From Octopus vulgaris (taxonomy: Eukaryota), in the NCBI GenBank assembly GCA_951406725.2, contig OX597819.1, positions 106,144,001 through 106,208,000 of the forward strand: a stretch of DNA of 64,000 nucleotides. Direction: 5' to 3'. Shown here in pieces: positions 42,988-55,798 of the stretch. The notes under the pieces were generated by a model. It was not told the origin of the DNA. It saw nothing but the letters and a program-made list of their open reading frames with translations, and made no database searches. The position numbers and the translations under genes are program-made. The stretch's first letter is position 1. Every line of letters starts with the position of its first letter.

Positions 42988-43493
42988 AGTTACTTGTACT
43001 TGTGGGGTCATTCACCATGGGCGGGTTGAGTCGGCTTCTTCTACCACCCTCGAGGCATCTCGAACCATGGCAGCCCAGGCACGACGGTCCCGCGCCAGTT
43101 CACTGGAGATAGCGAGCCACTCACGGTTCCATCGGCGCAGGCCGATGTTGTCATTGTATTCGCCATTGAGAATTCATGGAAGACGTTTCGTGGAAATATG
43201 TGGATTTCACAAGCGGTCCCCAACAATCCCGCATGTAGAGACATCCTGTTTGCCGCAGATTGTCCGCAGACGCAGGGACAGAACGACCGAGGAGCCGCCG
43301 GTTGACGAAACAGACACTGCGAGGATTTTCACCAGAGCCCCGTCTGCCGGGTTGTGGCCCTAATACCACTCGGTGTCAGACCAATCCGCCTTGGGTGGCC
43401 CTACCAGAAACCGAAGTTCCCGACGGCATAGCTCTGACACTACCCATTGCCAGCGTCCCCACCACGGGGAGGAGGGGATGGACTTTGGGGACG
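42988..43493 (-). mobile_element. Bipartite (internally deleted) RTE-clade element with a 14-bp TSD
   Basis: TSD catgtatcgtatat at 42974-42987 and 43494-43507. C-terminal peptide GLRRWNREWLAISSELARDRRAWAAMVRDA..STRPW*, followed by a (CAAGTA)2 tail. Confidence 0.85.
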
Positions 43494-44167
43494 CATGTAT
43501 CGTATATCCAGAGTGATGGTTTGTGAAACATTCCGGAAGGAGTAACATCAGAGATCCCACCAATGGGCTATCTACCTCAAATATAAATAGAAAAAGAATT
43601 CCGACGCAACCACAACAGAAAACATCGAAACCATAAACAACTTGTGTAAAATTCTTTAAACCAAAACCTAATGTTTTGTGAGAAGAATTATTCCACGTAG
43701 TTCACTATTCAATCGGAATTAAATACTCAGTTACAGTGAAAGGGTGGAGATTTCTACACAGAAAACGGAAATCTAGCAATAAATAAATGCATAAATAACG
43801 TAACTAAACAAATGTATTGCTATCCATGAAAAGAACGCGTTGTTAAACAACATAAAAAGAGAAAAAAAAACTTGTAAGACTTCTGAATCTTTTTAAAACT
43901 TACAGAAGCAACTTCCAATATCTTAGCTGTTAATGTCACTAGAAGACTTCTACTTTTCCTCCCACATCGTTTGTTCTCAATCTTTCATATTCATGCAACA
44001 GAATACTCGCTGCATATGTACTTCGCTAGTTATACATTTTATTTCTGTTGATATTGTCGAAAATACACGAAGTGACTGAAGTCAGATGCACAAGCATCGA
44101 ACATTGTTGTCTGGATGTTTACGAAAACCATAATGAAAGGTCTGTAGAAATTTGACACACGTTTGAT

Positions 44168-44198
<31 letters not shown>

Positions 44199-44218
44199 GT
44201 GTGTGTATGTGTGTGTCT

Positions 44219-44249
<31 letters not shown>

Positions 44250-44308
44250 GATATATATACATACATACATATATATATATATACACATATATATATATAT
44301 ATATGTAT

Positions 44309-44356
<48 letters not shown>

Positions 44357-44989
44357 TGGAGGCGGTTGCTGATGTGCCGCTTGATGATTTTGAAAGATAT
44401 CTCAAGTTTGTGAACATGCAGACAAACGCATATGCACAAACAGACACAAATGTACACACGCATACAAAAAAATACAGTACAAGAAGGAATAAAAACAGGA
44501 CAGGGAAAGAAACAATGAGGGCCTTTAAGCCTAGACGAGGAAAAATTCATGAGCGTAGGAAAAAACATGTTCACTTGTAGGAGGCCGCGAGCGAAAGGAA
44601 GTTCGTCGACCCGGTTGTGAGAGAGATGAGGAGGAGTGAGAGAGAGAGAGAGAGATAGAGAGGAAAGGAAACCAGAGAGGGTGAAAAAAATAAGAAGGAG
44701 AGAAACAGAAGAGAGGAAGACAGACAGGAAGGAAGGGAAGTTCAAGCAAAGTGTTACAGAGTTTCGCGTCATAATTATATATAAAAAACTTACTGGGAGA
44801 ACAGAAAGGAACCGAAACGAAACGACGCGAGGGCGCTCAGTCATGCAATAATATGATAAATAAAATATATGCATCTTCGAAACACGCATGGAGTCGAACT
44901 AGGGACAGCTGATGAAGGGGAATTTTCCTTGTGTAGTTTGTCTTGTACTCTGTTTTTTCTCGTTGTTTTTTTCATATATATATATATAT

Positions 44990-45217
44990 ACTCTTTTTTT
45001 ATACTCTTTTTACTGGTTTCAGTCATTTGGCTGCGGCTATGCTGGAGCACCGCCTTTAATCGAGCAACTCGACTCCGGGACTTATTCTTTGTAAGCCCAG
45101 TACTTATTCTATCGGTCTCTTTTGCCGAACCGCTAATTGACGGGGACATAAACACACCAGCATCGGTTGTCAAGCAATGCTAGGGGGACAAACACAGACA
45201 CACAAACATACACGCAC

Positions 45218-45274
<57 letters not shown>

Positions 45275-45437
45275 CATATATAGGACGGGCTTCTTTCAGT
45301 AGTTTCTGTCTACCAAATCCACTCACAAGGCTTTGGTCGGCCCGAGGCTATAGTAGAAGACACTTGCCCAAGGTGCCACGCAATGGGACTGAACCCGGAA
45401 CCAAGTGGCTGGTAAGCAAGCTACTTACCACACAGCC
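44990..45437 (-). mobile_element. SINE family A copy
   Basis: Reverse-complement homologue of 36148-36545. Confidence 0.85.
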
Positions 45438-45634
45438 TGAATATGTGTGTGTGTGTAACTCGAGATTGGGTTGCAAGGCGATCTGCAAGAAAATTGACAT
45501 TTTTTCATATAACCTTTTCACTTTTATCCAAAAATTTAGTTCTATATCAGCTAATACTTGCAACGTATACAACATATGCTTGCATATGTTGTATAATACT
45601 TGCATTTGGATGCCTACGTGTATATATGTATATT

Positions 45635-45677
<43 letters not shown>

Positions 45678-45986
45678 TTTGGATAAGGTCCTCGTAGTAC
45701 GCTGATAAAGAACATTCACTATCTATGGCTACCTGTCGTCATCTACGGTAAATGCACATTTGTCGCTGGATCTTCCTCAAGTATTCCTCAGTGTACGTTC
45801 AGTGTATCACAAATGATGTTTTATATATATATCTCTGTGTGTTGGGTGTGTGTGTGTGAGAGATTGGATGGAAGTATTGGTGGTGATCTGTGCCTGTACG
45901 TGCGTATGTATATGCGTGTGTGTCTGTTTTTGTACATGCTCATAAATGTATAGAATATATGTACATTTAGATATATGTACACACAA

Positions 45987-46052
<66 letters not shown>

Positions 46053-46058
<6 letters not shown>

Positions 46059-46343
46059 GAAAGAATGGAGTCGAACGACGATTTAACAAAATTCCTTTAT
46101 TATAGACATATGTTTCGAAGACTGCATATTCTTAATTCCGAAGGACTATGGACTCCGTGTGGGCAGTCATCTAAACGTTTTTGTTCGTCATGATGCTGAC
46201 ATAAGTTCCTTGTCTTTCCCGATGAGAAGACGGCATAATGCACCCTTTATTCCTTCGGAATTAAGAATATGCAGTCTTCGAAACATATGTCGAGAATAAA
46301 GGAATTTTGTTAAATCGTCGTTCGACTCCATTCTTTCATTTAT
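46053..46343. repeat. 93-bp near-perfect inverted repeat (2 mismatches) around a 105-bp spacer
   Basis: 46053-46145 matches the reverse complement of 46251-46343. Confidence 0.95.
46215..46295 (+). ncRNA. Type I hammerhead-like motif with extended stem II and a GUC site
   Basis: TTTC-CCGATGA-GAAGAC g GCATA...TATGC a GTCTTC-GAAA-CATATG-TC-GAGA. Confidence 0.7.
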
Positions 46344-46593
46344 CTATAGTAAAAAAACACACAAATTTCCACACGAAAGCACGTGATTTCTGCCCTTGGC
46401 ATGTAGCTTCAACCGTACTTTCTGACGTAAATTTGCTACCCGGGTATCGGTTAACCGAATTATCCATACTAGGATAATTCATTCAACTACTTAAACATTT
46501 ATATATATATATATATATAAATATTAGAATTTTTTGCGTAATAAGATAAAAAACCAAGGCTGTATTAGATATTAGAGCATTTATAGATAGAAG

Positions 46594-46645
46594 GTATTAC
46601 AGCTGTTTCTAGGATATTAATTAATAATATCCCTTCATCGGAGAC
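46594..46645 (-). ncRNA. Hammerhead-like motif (CCGAUGA core)
   Basis: GTCT-CCGATGA-A-GGGATATTA..TAATATCCT-A-GAAA-CAGCTG-TA-ATAC, with palindromic ACAGCTGT stem III. Confidence 0.6.
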
Positions 46646-46708
46646 GGTGTGAGAGGAAAAATTAAGTCATAGTTAGTTTCGATGTGTTACAAATAGAGAG
46701 TGAGGTGG

Positions 46709-46752
<44 letters not shown>

Positions 46753-46873
46753 TCTGTAAATAATAATAATAGTATTTTATATTCTTAAAGCTTATAGTGA
46801 TCACTGCACATTGACTGAAGGAACTAGTTTAACAAGTAGACATATAAGTCCTCGATAGAAAATATTAGGTTTT

Positions 46874-46948
46874 CCCGTACGCATAGAACTCGAAGCCACA
46901 CCTCTTTGTTTACGCGACCTAGTGTGCTACCGATTACACCAATGAACC
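46874..46948 (-). pseudogene. tRNA-like pseudogene or SINE head
   Basis: ggttcattggtgtaatcggtagcac...gtggcttcgagttc. The D arm is intact and the other arms are eroded. Confidence 0.55.
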
Positions 46949-47271
46949 AACCTGCCTGTTTCTGTCAGATTTAAGAACTATAATTAGTTCATTGTTGGTT
47001 TTGTAAACAATCTTTGATGTGATTTTACTGCAATGGTTTTGTTAAACAGCGTCGATTTTTACAATTCTGTAAATAACAATAATATTAGCATTTTATAGGC
47101 TTAGAGCTTATAGCGATCACCGCGCAGTGACTAAAGGAAATAGTCACATAATGGGGCATAAAAATCGACGCTGCGTCACAATACAATCGCAGTGAAGGCA
47201 CATGAAAGTTTGTCCGCAAAAACAACTTCGAATTAATTATCGTTCTTAAATCTGACAGAATAAAGCAGGTT

Positions 47272-47344
47272 TGTTTATTGGTGTAATCCGTAGCACAAAT
47301 GGTCGCGTTAACAAAGAGGTGTGGGTTCGCGTCCCATGCGTACG
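47272..47344 (+). pseudogene. tRNA-like pseudogene or SINE head
   Basis: D arm GTGT-aatccgta-GCAC and T arm GTGGG-TTCGCGT-CCCAT are paired. The acceptor and anticodon stems do not pair. Confidence 0.6.
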
Positions 47345-47448
47345 AGAAAACCTACTTTCTTCTTTTGAGGATTTATATGCCCCATTATTAGACTATTTTC
47401 TTTACTCATTGTGCTGATTAACAAAACCATCACACTGAAATATATATA

Positions 47449-47831
47449 CTCTCTTTTACTTGTTTCAGTCATTTGACTGCGGCCATTCTGGAGCACTGCC
47501 TTTAGTCGAGCAAATCGACCCCGGGACTTATTGTTTGTAAGCCCAGTACTTATTCTATCGGTCTCTCTTCTGCCGAACCGCTAAGTTACGGGGACGTAAA
47601 CACACCAGCATCAGTTGTCAAGCAATGCTAGGGGGACAAACACAGATACACAAACACACATACATATATACGACAGGATTCATTCAGTTTCCGTCTACCA
47701 AATCCACTCACAAGGCATTGGTCGGTCCGGGGCTACAGCAGAAGACACTTGCCCAAGATGCCACGCAGTGGGACTGAACCCGGAACCGTGTGGCTGGTTA
47801 GCAAGCTACTTACGACTCAGCCACTCCTGTG

Positions 47832-47834
<3 letters not shown>
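47449..47834 (-). mobile_element. SINE family A copy
   Basis: Reverse-complement homologue of 36148-36545. Confidence 0.85.
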
Positions 47835-47880
<46 letters not shown>

Positions 47881-48089
47881 CCACTGTCATCAAGGATCGT
47901 TTCGGACCGCATCCTAAGCATTAGTTCTCTTTAGGGCCAGAAATCGTTTTTGCCCCGCAATGAAGATCATAATGGAGTACTGCTTCCTACATATGATATG
48001 CTGCAGCTGCTGTTGTGTATACTGATATGTTGAATTGCGCCTGAAGAAGGGCTCGAATTTGTGTCCCTCCACCACTGGGTTCACGAGGT

Positions 48090-48979
48090 GGGTTCGTGTG
48101 GTTGTCATTAAGCTCTGCGGTAATTTTGCGAGCTGTACTTTTGTGATCCTTCCTAACAATTCGCGTAAGAGTCCGGCGGTCCCTATCTGAAAGGTTTGGT
48201 TTTCTTCCAGGGTTTTGTTTCGACGAGGAGGTTTCTCCCTCTTTCTCAAAGGCTGCCATTACTTTCGAGACAGTACTTCTTGATACACCAAATATTTCGG
48301 CTGTTTTCGTTACGCTAGCGCCTGCCATAGCAGCACCAACAGTTCAACCTCTTTGAAAATCCGATATATCTGTCATTGTAATGAATTTTACTTACCTTTT
48401 TCTGATGATATCTGAAAAGAAATAGTAATTTTAGCAAAACCTATTAAGCAGCACTAATAATAAAAAAAAAAACCATAGGCGCAGGAGTAGCTATGTGGTA
48501 AGTAGCTTGTCTACCACCCACATGGTTCCGGGTTCAGTCCCACTGCGTATCACCTTGGGCGAGTGTCTTCCGCTATAGCCTCGGGCCAACCAAAGCCTTG
48601 TGAGTGGATTTGGTAGACGGAAACTGAAAGAAGCCTGTCGTATATATGTATATATATGTATATGTATGTGTGTGTGTTTGTGTGTCTGTGTTTGTCCCTC
48701 TAGCATTGCTTGACAACTGATGCTGGTGTGTTTATGTCCCCGTTACTTAGCGGTTCGGCAAAAGAGACCGATAGAATAAGTACTGGGCTTACAAAAAGAA
48801 TAAGTCCCGGGGTCTAGTTGCTCGATTAAAGGCGGTGTTCCAGCATGGCCGCTGTCAAATGTCTGAAACAAGTAAAAGAGTAAAGAGTATAAAAATAAAC
48901 AAGCTTTGTCAGTTTTATAGATATTTCAAAATTATGATGCTATGATGCTAGGTACTTTTATTATGTTGTCTAACTCCTG
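48090..48979 (-). mobile_element. Tc1 5' half (HTH domain and TIR), interrupted by a SINE
   Basis: Reads MAGASVTKTAEIFGVSRSTVSKVM..GRKPNLSDRDRRTLTRIVRK. The TIR TA-caggagttagacaacataat resembles the one at 5301. Confidence 0.85.
48478..48889 (+). mobile_element. SINE family A copy nested in Tc1
   Basis: Homologous to 36148-36545. Confidence 0.85.
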
Positions 48980-49189
48980 TATGCATATATGTAGCTCTAA
49001 CTTGACCACTGTGTTAACTTGTCCTGTTTTCCATTAATCTCGTTGTTTACGTATTTCACTCGTTTTTCCCTCGTTTTTTTTTTATGGACGATTTCATGCT
49101 AATTGCACCGCTGGTAACGTCCTGTACCCATGCACGCATGTATATATATTATTTATTATTAATTGGACATACATAAATATATACATACA

Positions 49190-49257
<68 letters not shown>

Positions 49258-49258
<1 letters not shown>

Positions 49259-49416
49259 CAAAATGGGACAAGAACGCAAAACATCCACATAGACAATACA
49301 AAAAACACAGACAGGTCATTCGAAGTCCTTAATCTTCAGTCAAGAACCGGATCATCCTCGCTATTTCCGGTGATTAATCTTGTGATTGCTCCAATCTGGC
49401 CAACCCCAAGGAAAAA

Positions 49417-49418
<2 letters not shown>
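49258..49418 (-). repeat. Dispersed ~160-bp repeat in (TA)n (second copy at 56420-56580, + strand)
   Basis: Both copies share ggccagatyggagcaatc..gaggatgatccggttcttgactgaagatt. Confidence 0.8.
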
Positions 49419-49451
<33 letters not shown>

Positions 49452-49664
49452 TAGAAAAAACCCCACCTTTTATCAATTCAATAATGAAAAATTAAATTAT
49501 ACTATTTAGAAACATTACATCCTATAGAAAGATTAAATATAAGATAAAACATATAACAATGATTAAGTGAGTGCAAAATAATAAATAATACGTATATATT
49601 TGGTAATATATATATATATATATATATATATTTAAAAAAGGAAATGTGGAACACGAGTCGTGAT

Positions 49665-50108
49665 ATATAAAAAAGGAAATGAAGAATATGCTGACAAAAT
49701 AATTTAAGTAAGGGAGAGTGTATTTATCTGGAGAAAAAAATAAGAGAAAAAGAGATAAGAGAAAAAGATCAATCAGAAAGGAACTCTATCTCACTCAACA
49801 TATCTTTTGATAAGCATAACAAATGCGCAACCGGTAAACTCTTACCTTTTTTTATTCTACACTGAAATCTGACATTGAACTTTTCCACAAAAAACTCTAT
49901 ATTACACGCTTTTACTAAATATCTTATTTTGACACAGAACATTGTAAAAGACTCTTACTTTTTTTCTTATACACTGAAATCATTCACAAAAAATGGACAT
50001 TGTATTCTAACCCAAGTTTTCTCCTTTTTTTGTTTAAAAAAAGAACTTTCACCTAATTAAATACACTCTCCCTTACTTAAATTATTTTGTCAGCATTTTC
50101 TTCATTTC

Positions 50109-50117
<9 letters not shown>
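49665..50117. repeat. Fold-back element with ~58-bp inverted arms in (TA)n
   Basis: aaaaggaaatgaagaatatgctgacaaaataatttaagtaagggagagtgtattta is mirrored at 50058-50117. Confidence 0.85.
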
Positions 50118-50158
<41 letters not shown>

Positions 50159-50325
50159 TGCTAGGCAAATGGCGTCTAATTGAGTGACAAATACTGGTAT
50201 TTTAAAAACTTTGCCAAAAACAAAGTCTTGATCTCTTAATATTATATCTGCCCCTAGAGGACGTATCATTATAGTTACCAAAGCGTATTGGGACCAGCTC
50301 TACTTCATAAGGGATTATGTATGCA

Positions 50326-50367
<42 letters not shown>

Positions 50368-50594
50368 TCTGTCTGTCCCCTCAAAATCTTCAGTAAAAGT
50401 ACGAAATGATAAAATTTATTCATGCTTATATGATGGCGGACGGGAACTGGGAAAAACGAAAAAAAAAAAGATGAGAAACAACGAAAGGAAGAAAAAATAG
50501 AGAAAAAGAATGGAAAGTAAAAAAAAAAAACAGAGAAGAAAGAAAGAAAGCTGTAGAATTGTAAAAGTGAAAAGAACGATAACAATGGAAAATC

Positions 50595-50595
<1 letters not shown>

Positions 50596-50633
<38 letters not shown>

Positions 50634-50648
50634 GTAATAATAATAATG

Positions 50649-50691
<43 letters not shown>

Positions 50692-50720
50692 GAAGAAGAA
50701 GAAGAAGAAGAAGAAGAAAG
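50596..50720. repeat. (AAT)n(AAG)n compound microsatellite
   Basis: Direct observation. Confidence 0.95.
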
Positions 50721-51346
50721 GAATGACGTGTTTTGTGGAGAAGAAATACGAATAGTAGGTGGTTTTTAAAGTGGTAAAATACTTCAATGGAAAAATTCAA
50801 TACAGAAAAAATCGCCGATGAAAGATGAATGAATTTGGAACCAATGCAGAGGGACTTACGGTTTGTGGGTGTGGATTTAGAAGAAGCAATAGATAAGTAA
50901 TTAAATAGGACAGCATGGCAATAAAAATGAATAGAAAGAAAAGAAAAACGAAAAGAAATATTATGGTGGTTGGTTTAGAGAAATGGCCAGTAGTTCAAAG
51001 GTAAACTGGTGACATTTGTTGCAATAGTGATAGATGAAATCTAATTAAAAAGAAATAAAAGCCCCGAAAACAAATGGAGAAAATAGTAGAGAACATAGGT
51101 GTGTGTGTATGTGTGTTTGTGTATGTGAGTGTGTGTGTGTATGCGTGTGTGTGTTTCTGTGCATATGTATGTTTGTGTGTGTGTGTGTGTGTTTGTGTGT
51201 ATATGTGCGTGGCTGTGTGGTAAGAAATTAGCTTCCCTTCTACATGGTTCAGAGTTCAGTCACACTGCGTGACAACTTTGGCGTGCGTCTTCTACTACAG
51301 CTTCGGGTCTACCTATGGAAAAGTACCAGACTCATTCATCCATCTT

Positions 51347-51485
<139 letters not shown>

Positions 51486-51486
51486 G

Positions 51487-51545
<59 letters not shown>

Positions 51546-52290
51546 GTATTGTTTGAGAGAGTTATTTGTTAATACATAAAAACAATCATTGAAGAAAACA
51601 GTCAATATGTATGGAGAATCTAATATTTATTGCAAGTCGTTAAAAGCGACTTTGCAAATAGATTGACCGTAGACAGGAGCGGGGTGTTGGCTTACTCAAA
51701 ACTTTTGGATCAGTATCGGCGTAATTTCGAACATATCTTTGTGTATGTGCGTATGCATATTTATGATTGTATCTGTGTGACTGTTTACATAACAACAGAT
51801 TCCGTGTTCAGGGCTGCGTTTATAGCCACATATGTCTAATATTGATGTGGTTTGTATCTTTAGATAGAGATAACTTGTAGGAGTTAGACAAAATATATAT
51901 CAGACGAGGTCATACTTACAACCTGAAATCACCCAAGCCACTAAAAGACTAAACGAAGATTAAAAAGAAATGATTTAGGCTTAATAAAACTAGGATTAGA
52001 ATAATCTTATCTCGTTTCTTCAGACTATATGCAAGAGCTCCATGACATATCTAATGATGTAGATTTATGATTAAAGGATATTCCAAGTGAGGCCATCCTG
52101 TCAGTTTCATATTCTATTCTAATGTATTTGCAGTGTCATTTTTGGAGAGGCTTTTATATGTCAAGCCGTTATTTAAAGGACATGTGAAGAATGTAGGGTA
52201 TTTTCTGACGGGTTTGCTAAACTGGTAGAGGGTAGCTTTAAGGAGATTGTTTGGATGGTAGGGTTTGGTTTGGCTCAGATTTATATATTG

Positions 52291-52798
52291 TAACTCCCTT
52301 CGGTCATGAATGACCATGGGATTGCACCTAGAAAGTTACCCCCCGAGGCACAACTCTGGGCGAATTTGTTTATGGAAGACTAGCAGTCATCCATGCATAC
52401 AAGCCTCCCCTCTCCACACCACCGATGTTATCCGAGGGAAAGGCAAAGACCGATACAGCATGGTACCAGTGACGTCGCAGCTCCTTTATTAACGTGCAAG
52501 TGGCTGAGCACTCCACAGACACGTGTACCCTTAATGTAGTTCTCGGGGGGATTCAGCGTGACACAGAGTTTGACAAGGCTGGCGCTTTGAAATACATGTA
52601 CAACAGAAACAGGAAGAAATAGTGAATGAAAGTTGTAGTGAAAAGGTACAGCAGAGTTCACCACCACCGCCTGCCGGAGCTTCGTGGAGCTTTAGGTGTT
52701 TTCGCTCAATAAACACTCACAATGCCCGGTCTGGGAATCGAAATCGCGATCCTACGACCACGAGTCCGCTGCCCTAACCACTGGGCCATGGAGCCTTC
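52291..52798 (-). mobile_element. Composite SINE (family B tail plus tRNA-like head)
   Basis: Minus-strand head atggcccagtggttagggcagcggactc. Middle is shared with 26510 and tail with 41262. Confidence 0.75.
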
Positions 52799-54853
52799 AC
52801 TTTGGCTCAGATAATAAGAGAGTAAAGGTGAATTGAGAGAGAAATAATGATGGTAGGGTTGTTTGAGGGAGAAGTTAAGATGGGAGGCTGTGGTTTGGGT
52901 GAAATGCAAAGAGGGTAGAGTACTTGTTTGTTTCATTAGGCAGCGGCAGTTCTGGGGTACTGCATTGAAGAATCTTAGTCAAATGAATCGACTCCAGGCC
53001 TTTTTCTTAAAGTCTGGTACTTTATCGGTATATTTAGCTGAACCGCTCAGTTATGGGGACCTAAACACAGTCACGAAGACATGCACACGCGCACGCATAC
53101 GACCTGAGGCTATAGTAGAACACACTTGCCTAAGGTGTCACACAATGGAGCTGAACCCAGAACCATGTGGCTGGGAAGTAAACGCCTTACTACTCAACCA
53201 TGCCGATGTGACAAGAGATTGTTAAAGTATTTGTTTCTATTTGGTCGTGTGTTCCAGGACAATGCAAAAATATACTTCATAGCTCATCAAGAATTAATTG
53301 TAGCAAACAGTAATTAAGGACCACAATTGATGTTATTTAGAACCAAGTCAATCTACTACAAACGGATATATCATTAAAGATATTCCAGTCATGATCCTCC
53401 CGTCGGTATTATATAAGAATACGTTTTCCATCGTGCCCTTTGTGCTTCTATTAGGTTTGCATGAATATTTGAGAAAGATTTGGGTGCTATGTCTTGCAGT
53501 TCTCCCCACTGCAAGAAGGCTAACTTCGCTGGTACATAATAATTTGGTAGTATATATGACAAAGTATACATCGAACTGTCAAAAGAGAAAATCGAAACTG
53601 GATAATTTGTATGCTATCAATAAAATAATATTGAACGAAGAACTTAACTATTGATTTGTATGCTTTACATATGGTTCTTTGATATTTCTTCTGGCGATTA
53701 CGAATTAGATATTTTTTTCAATTTATAGAATAAAAACAACAAATAAGCATTTAATTCGTCTGTAGGTTCCTTATGTCGGCATTATCGAACCATATATATT
53801 GAATATATTGAATTATTTTTTAACTTCTATCTAAAGATTATATCCACACAGTTTTATCACTCACTATTTCTCCTATTTCCCTCTCTCCTGTTACAACTCT
53901 CTCTCTCACTCTCTGTCTCTCTGTCACTTCTTTCTCCGTCAGCCTCAGTGCCAGTCTGTCTACCTGTATTTCTTTGTACGTCTGTATTTTTATTGTTTGT
54001 TTTTAAATCTCATCAAGACTGTGTAGACTTCACAGCCCAGTTAGTGTAACTGCACAAAACATATTTTCAACAAAAAAATCGAAAAAATCCCCCCCCAAAA
54101 AACAACAAAAAAAACAAAGAAAAGAATCAAAATCCATACAAATACCATTAAACAATATTTCAAATAAATCTTTCAATTTTCCATGCCTGAAGAGCAAAGT
54201 TTCAAGAAAAAAAAATGTCGTCCAAATCATGACAACATGAACGGTATCAAATATGGTGCTAGCATAACTGTGGGGTCAAGATATTTTGCTCACGGTTACG
54301 TGTTATACGTTTGATTAATCTGCGCAACATGTTTTCAGAGTAATTTCTATCAAAACCTGCGATTGCCTCAAGCATTAACAATTAATTAAGCAAGCGAACT
54401 GTTTGCAAAATCCTTTGTATGGGATGTCCATACGCTTGCGTGGTAAACTTAAAACATTACCCATCTTAAAACCTCGGTCTTGACATTGACTTAAATGAAA
54501 TCCACACGCATTCAGACATTGATTTTGCAGAATGTGCATTAATTGCTGCTCGCTTCTTTCTTCTCCCAGAAGTCTCCGACAACCTGCAAGATTACATACA
54601 TATAAATTACAAAATTACAATATACCTACAAACGTGTATTTACGCATACACACGTACGAACGCATATAAATGTATAACTTTACATTAAATTGAAATAATG
54701 GCTCCTTAGAGATTGCTGTATGTTTTGCTCTATAGAAGCTTATTAAACGAATAATCTCGCATAGCTCGAAAGATATGATCACTATATGTGCATAAATATG
54801 TATGCGTGTATATCGGTGCTTCTATAAACAAATACACACATACACACACGTGA

Positions 54854-54911
<58 letters not shown>

Positions 54912-55545
54912 GCATACATATATAGGAGCTCTTCTTGATAGCAACAGTAAATTGTTCGTATTAAGAGAAAAACAAATTAGATGTGGGAAGCAACAAAATT
55001 TATATTAAATTTATATTGCATCTCGCTATAATAACTTTTATTTGTGTAAATTGATGTGATGTTATATGTGCACTAAAGAACAAAGGATAAATAATACTAG
55101 TCTACTCTTCTGTCGATATGCGTGTGTCTCCGTATGGGTGCTTTTGCTCTTATGAGTGTGTGTGTATATGCTTAATTATGTAGATATGGACGCATGTGTA
55201 CGTTTTCTTTTGCTGTTTAGATAAGCAGGAGACAAAGAGAATTCAATATGCAATGTTGCGTATACATTTAGGATTTTTAAGCCGCAAATTCTTCGGTAAT
55301 TCCCCTGGAGACTCGGCGTTGCAGTTTAAAACTTTTCACGACAAATATAGTCTTTTTAGGAGGACTCTTTATAGTTTTGGCATATTCTGAATATTCAAAA
55401 AAAAAAAACAATGAAGAAAAAAAAAACGAAATAGAATCCGTTAATGACAATATATGAATTGACAATATTAAATGATGAAAATATATAACTTGAAAACTCT
55501 CAGATATGGTCTTTGATGGTGAGTTTTATGCGAGGTCATATAGCA

Positions 55546-55624
<79 letters not shown>

Positions 55625-55766
55625 CGTGGTTGTGTAGTAAGAAGCTTGCACCCCAGCTACATAGTTTCAAGCTCAGTCCCATTGCGCGGCATTTTGGGCA
55701 TGTGTCTTTTAAACGACTAAAGCCTTGTGAATGGATTTGGTTGACGGAAACTGAAAGAATCCTGTC

Positions 55767-55798
<32 letters not shown>

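Larger units (their letters stand above)
46752..47420. repeat. ~313-bp unit containing a tRNA-like sequence: one full copy, one partial direct copy, then an inverted copy
   Basis: ttctgtaaata recurs at 46752 and 47065. 47160-47420 is the reverse complement of ~46800-47060. Confidence 0.85.

Noticed and set aside
44073-44112. Hammerhead-like CTGAAGTCA-GATGC acaa GCATC-GAAC
   Set aside because: Too many core mismatches; could be chance.
47272-47344. Functional tRNA gene
   Set aside because: Acceptor and anticodon stems do not pair and there is no immediate T-run terminator; kept only as tRNA-like.
50416-50800. Poly-Leu/Ile/Asn ORFs resembling membrane proteins
   Set aside because: Product of the (AAT)n(AAG)n microsatellite.
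50780-51090. LINE RT relic (FVGVDLEEAIDK resembling F.DLEKAFD)
   Set aside because: A single eroded motif; not enough to call.
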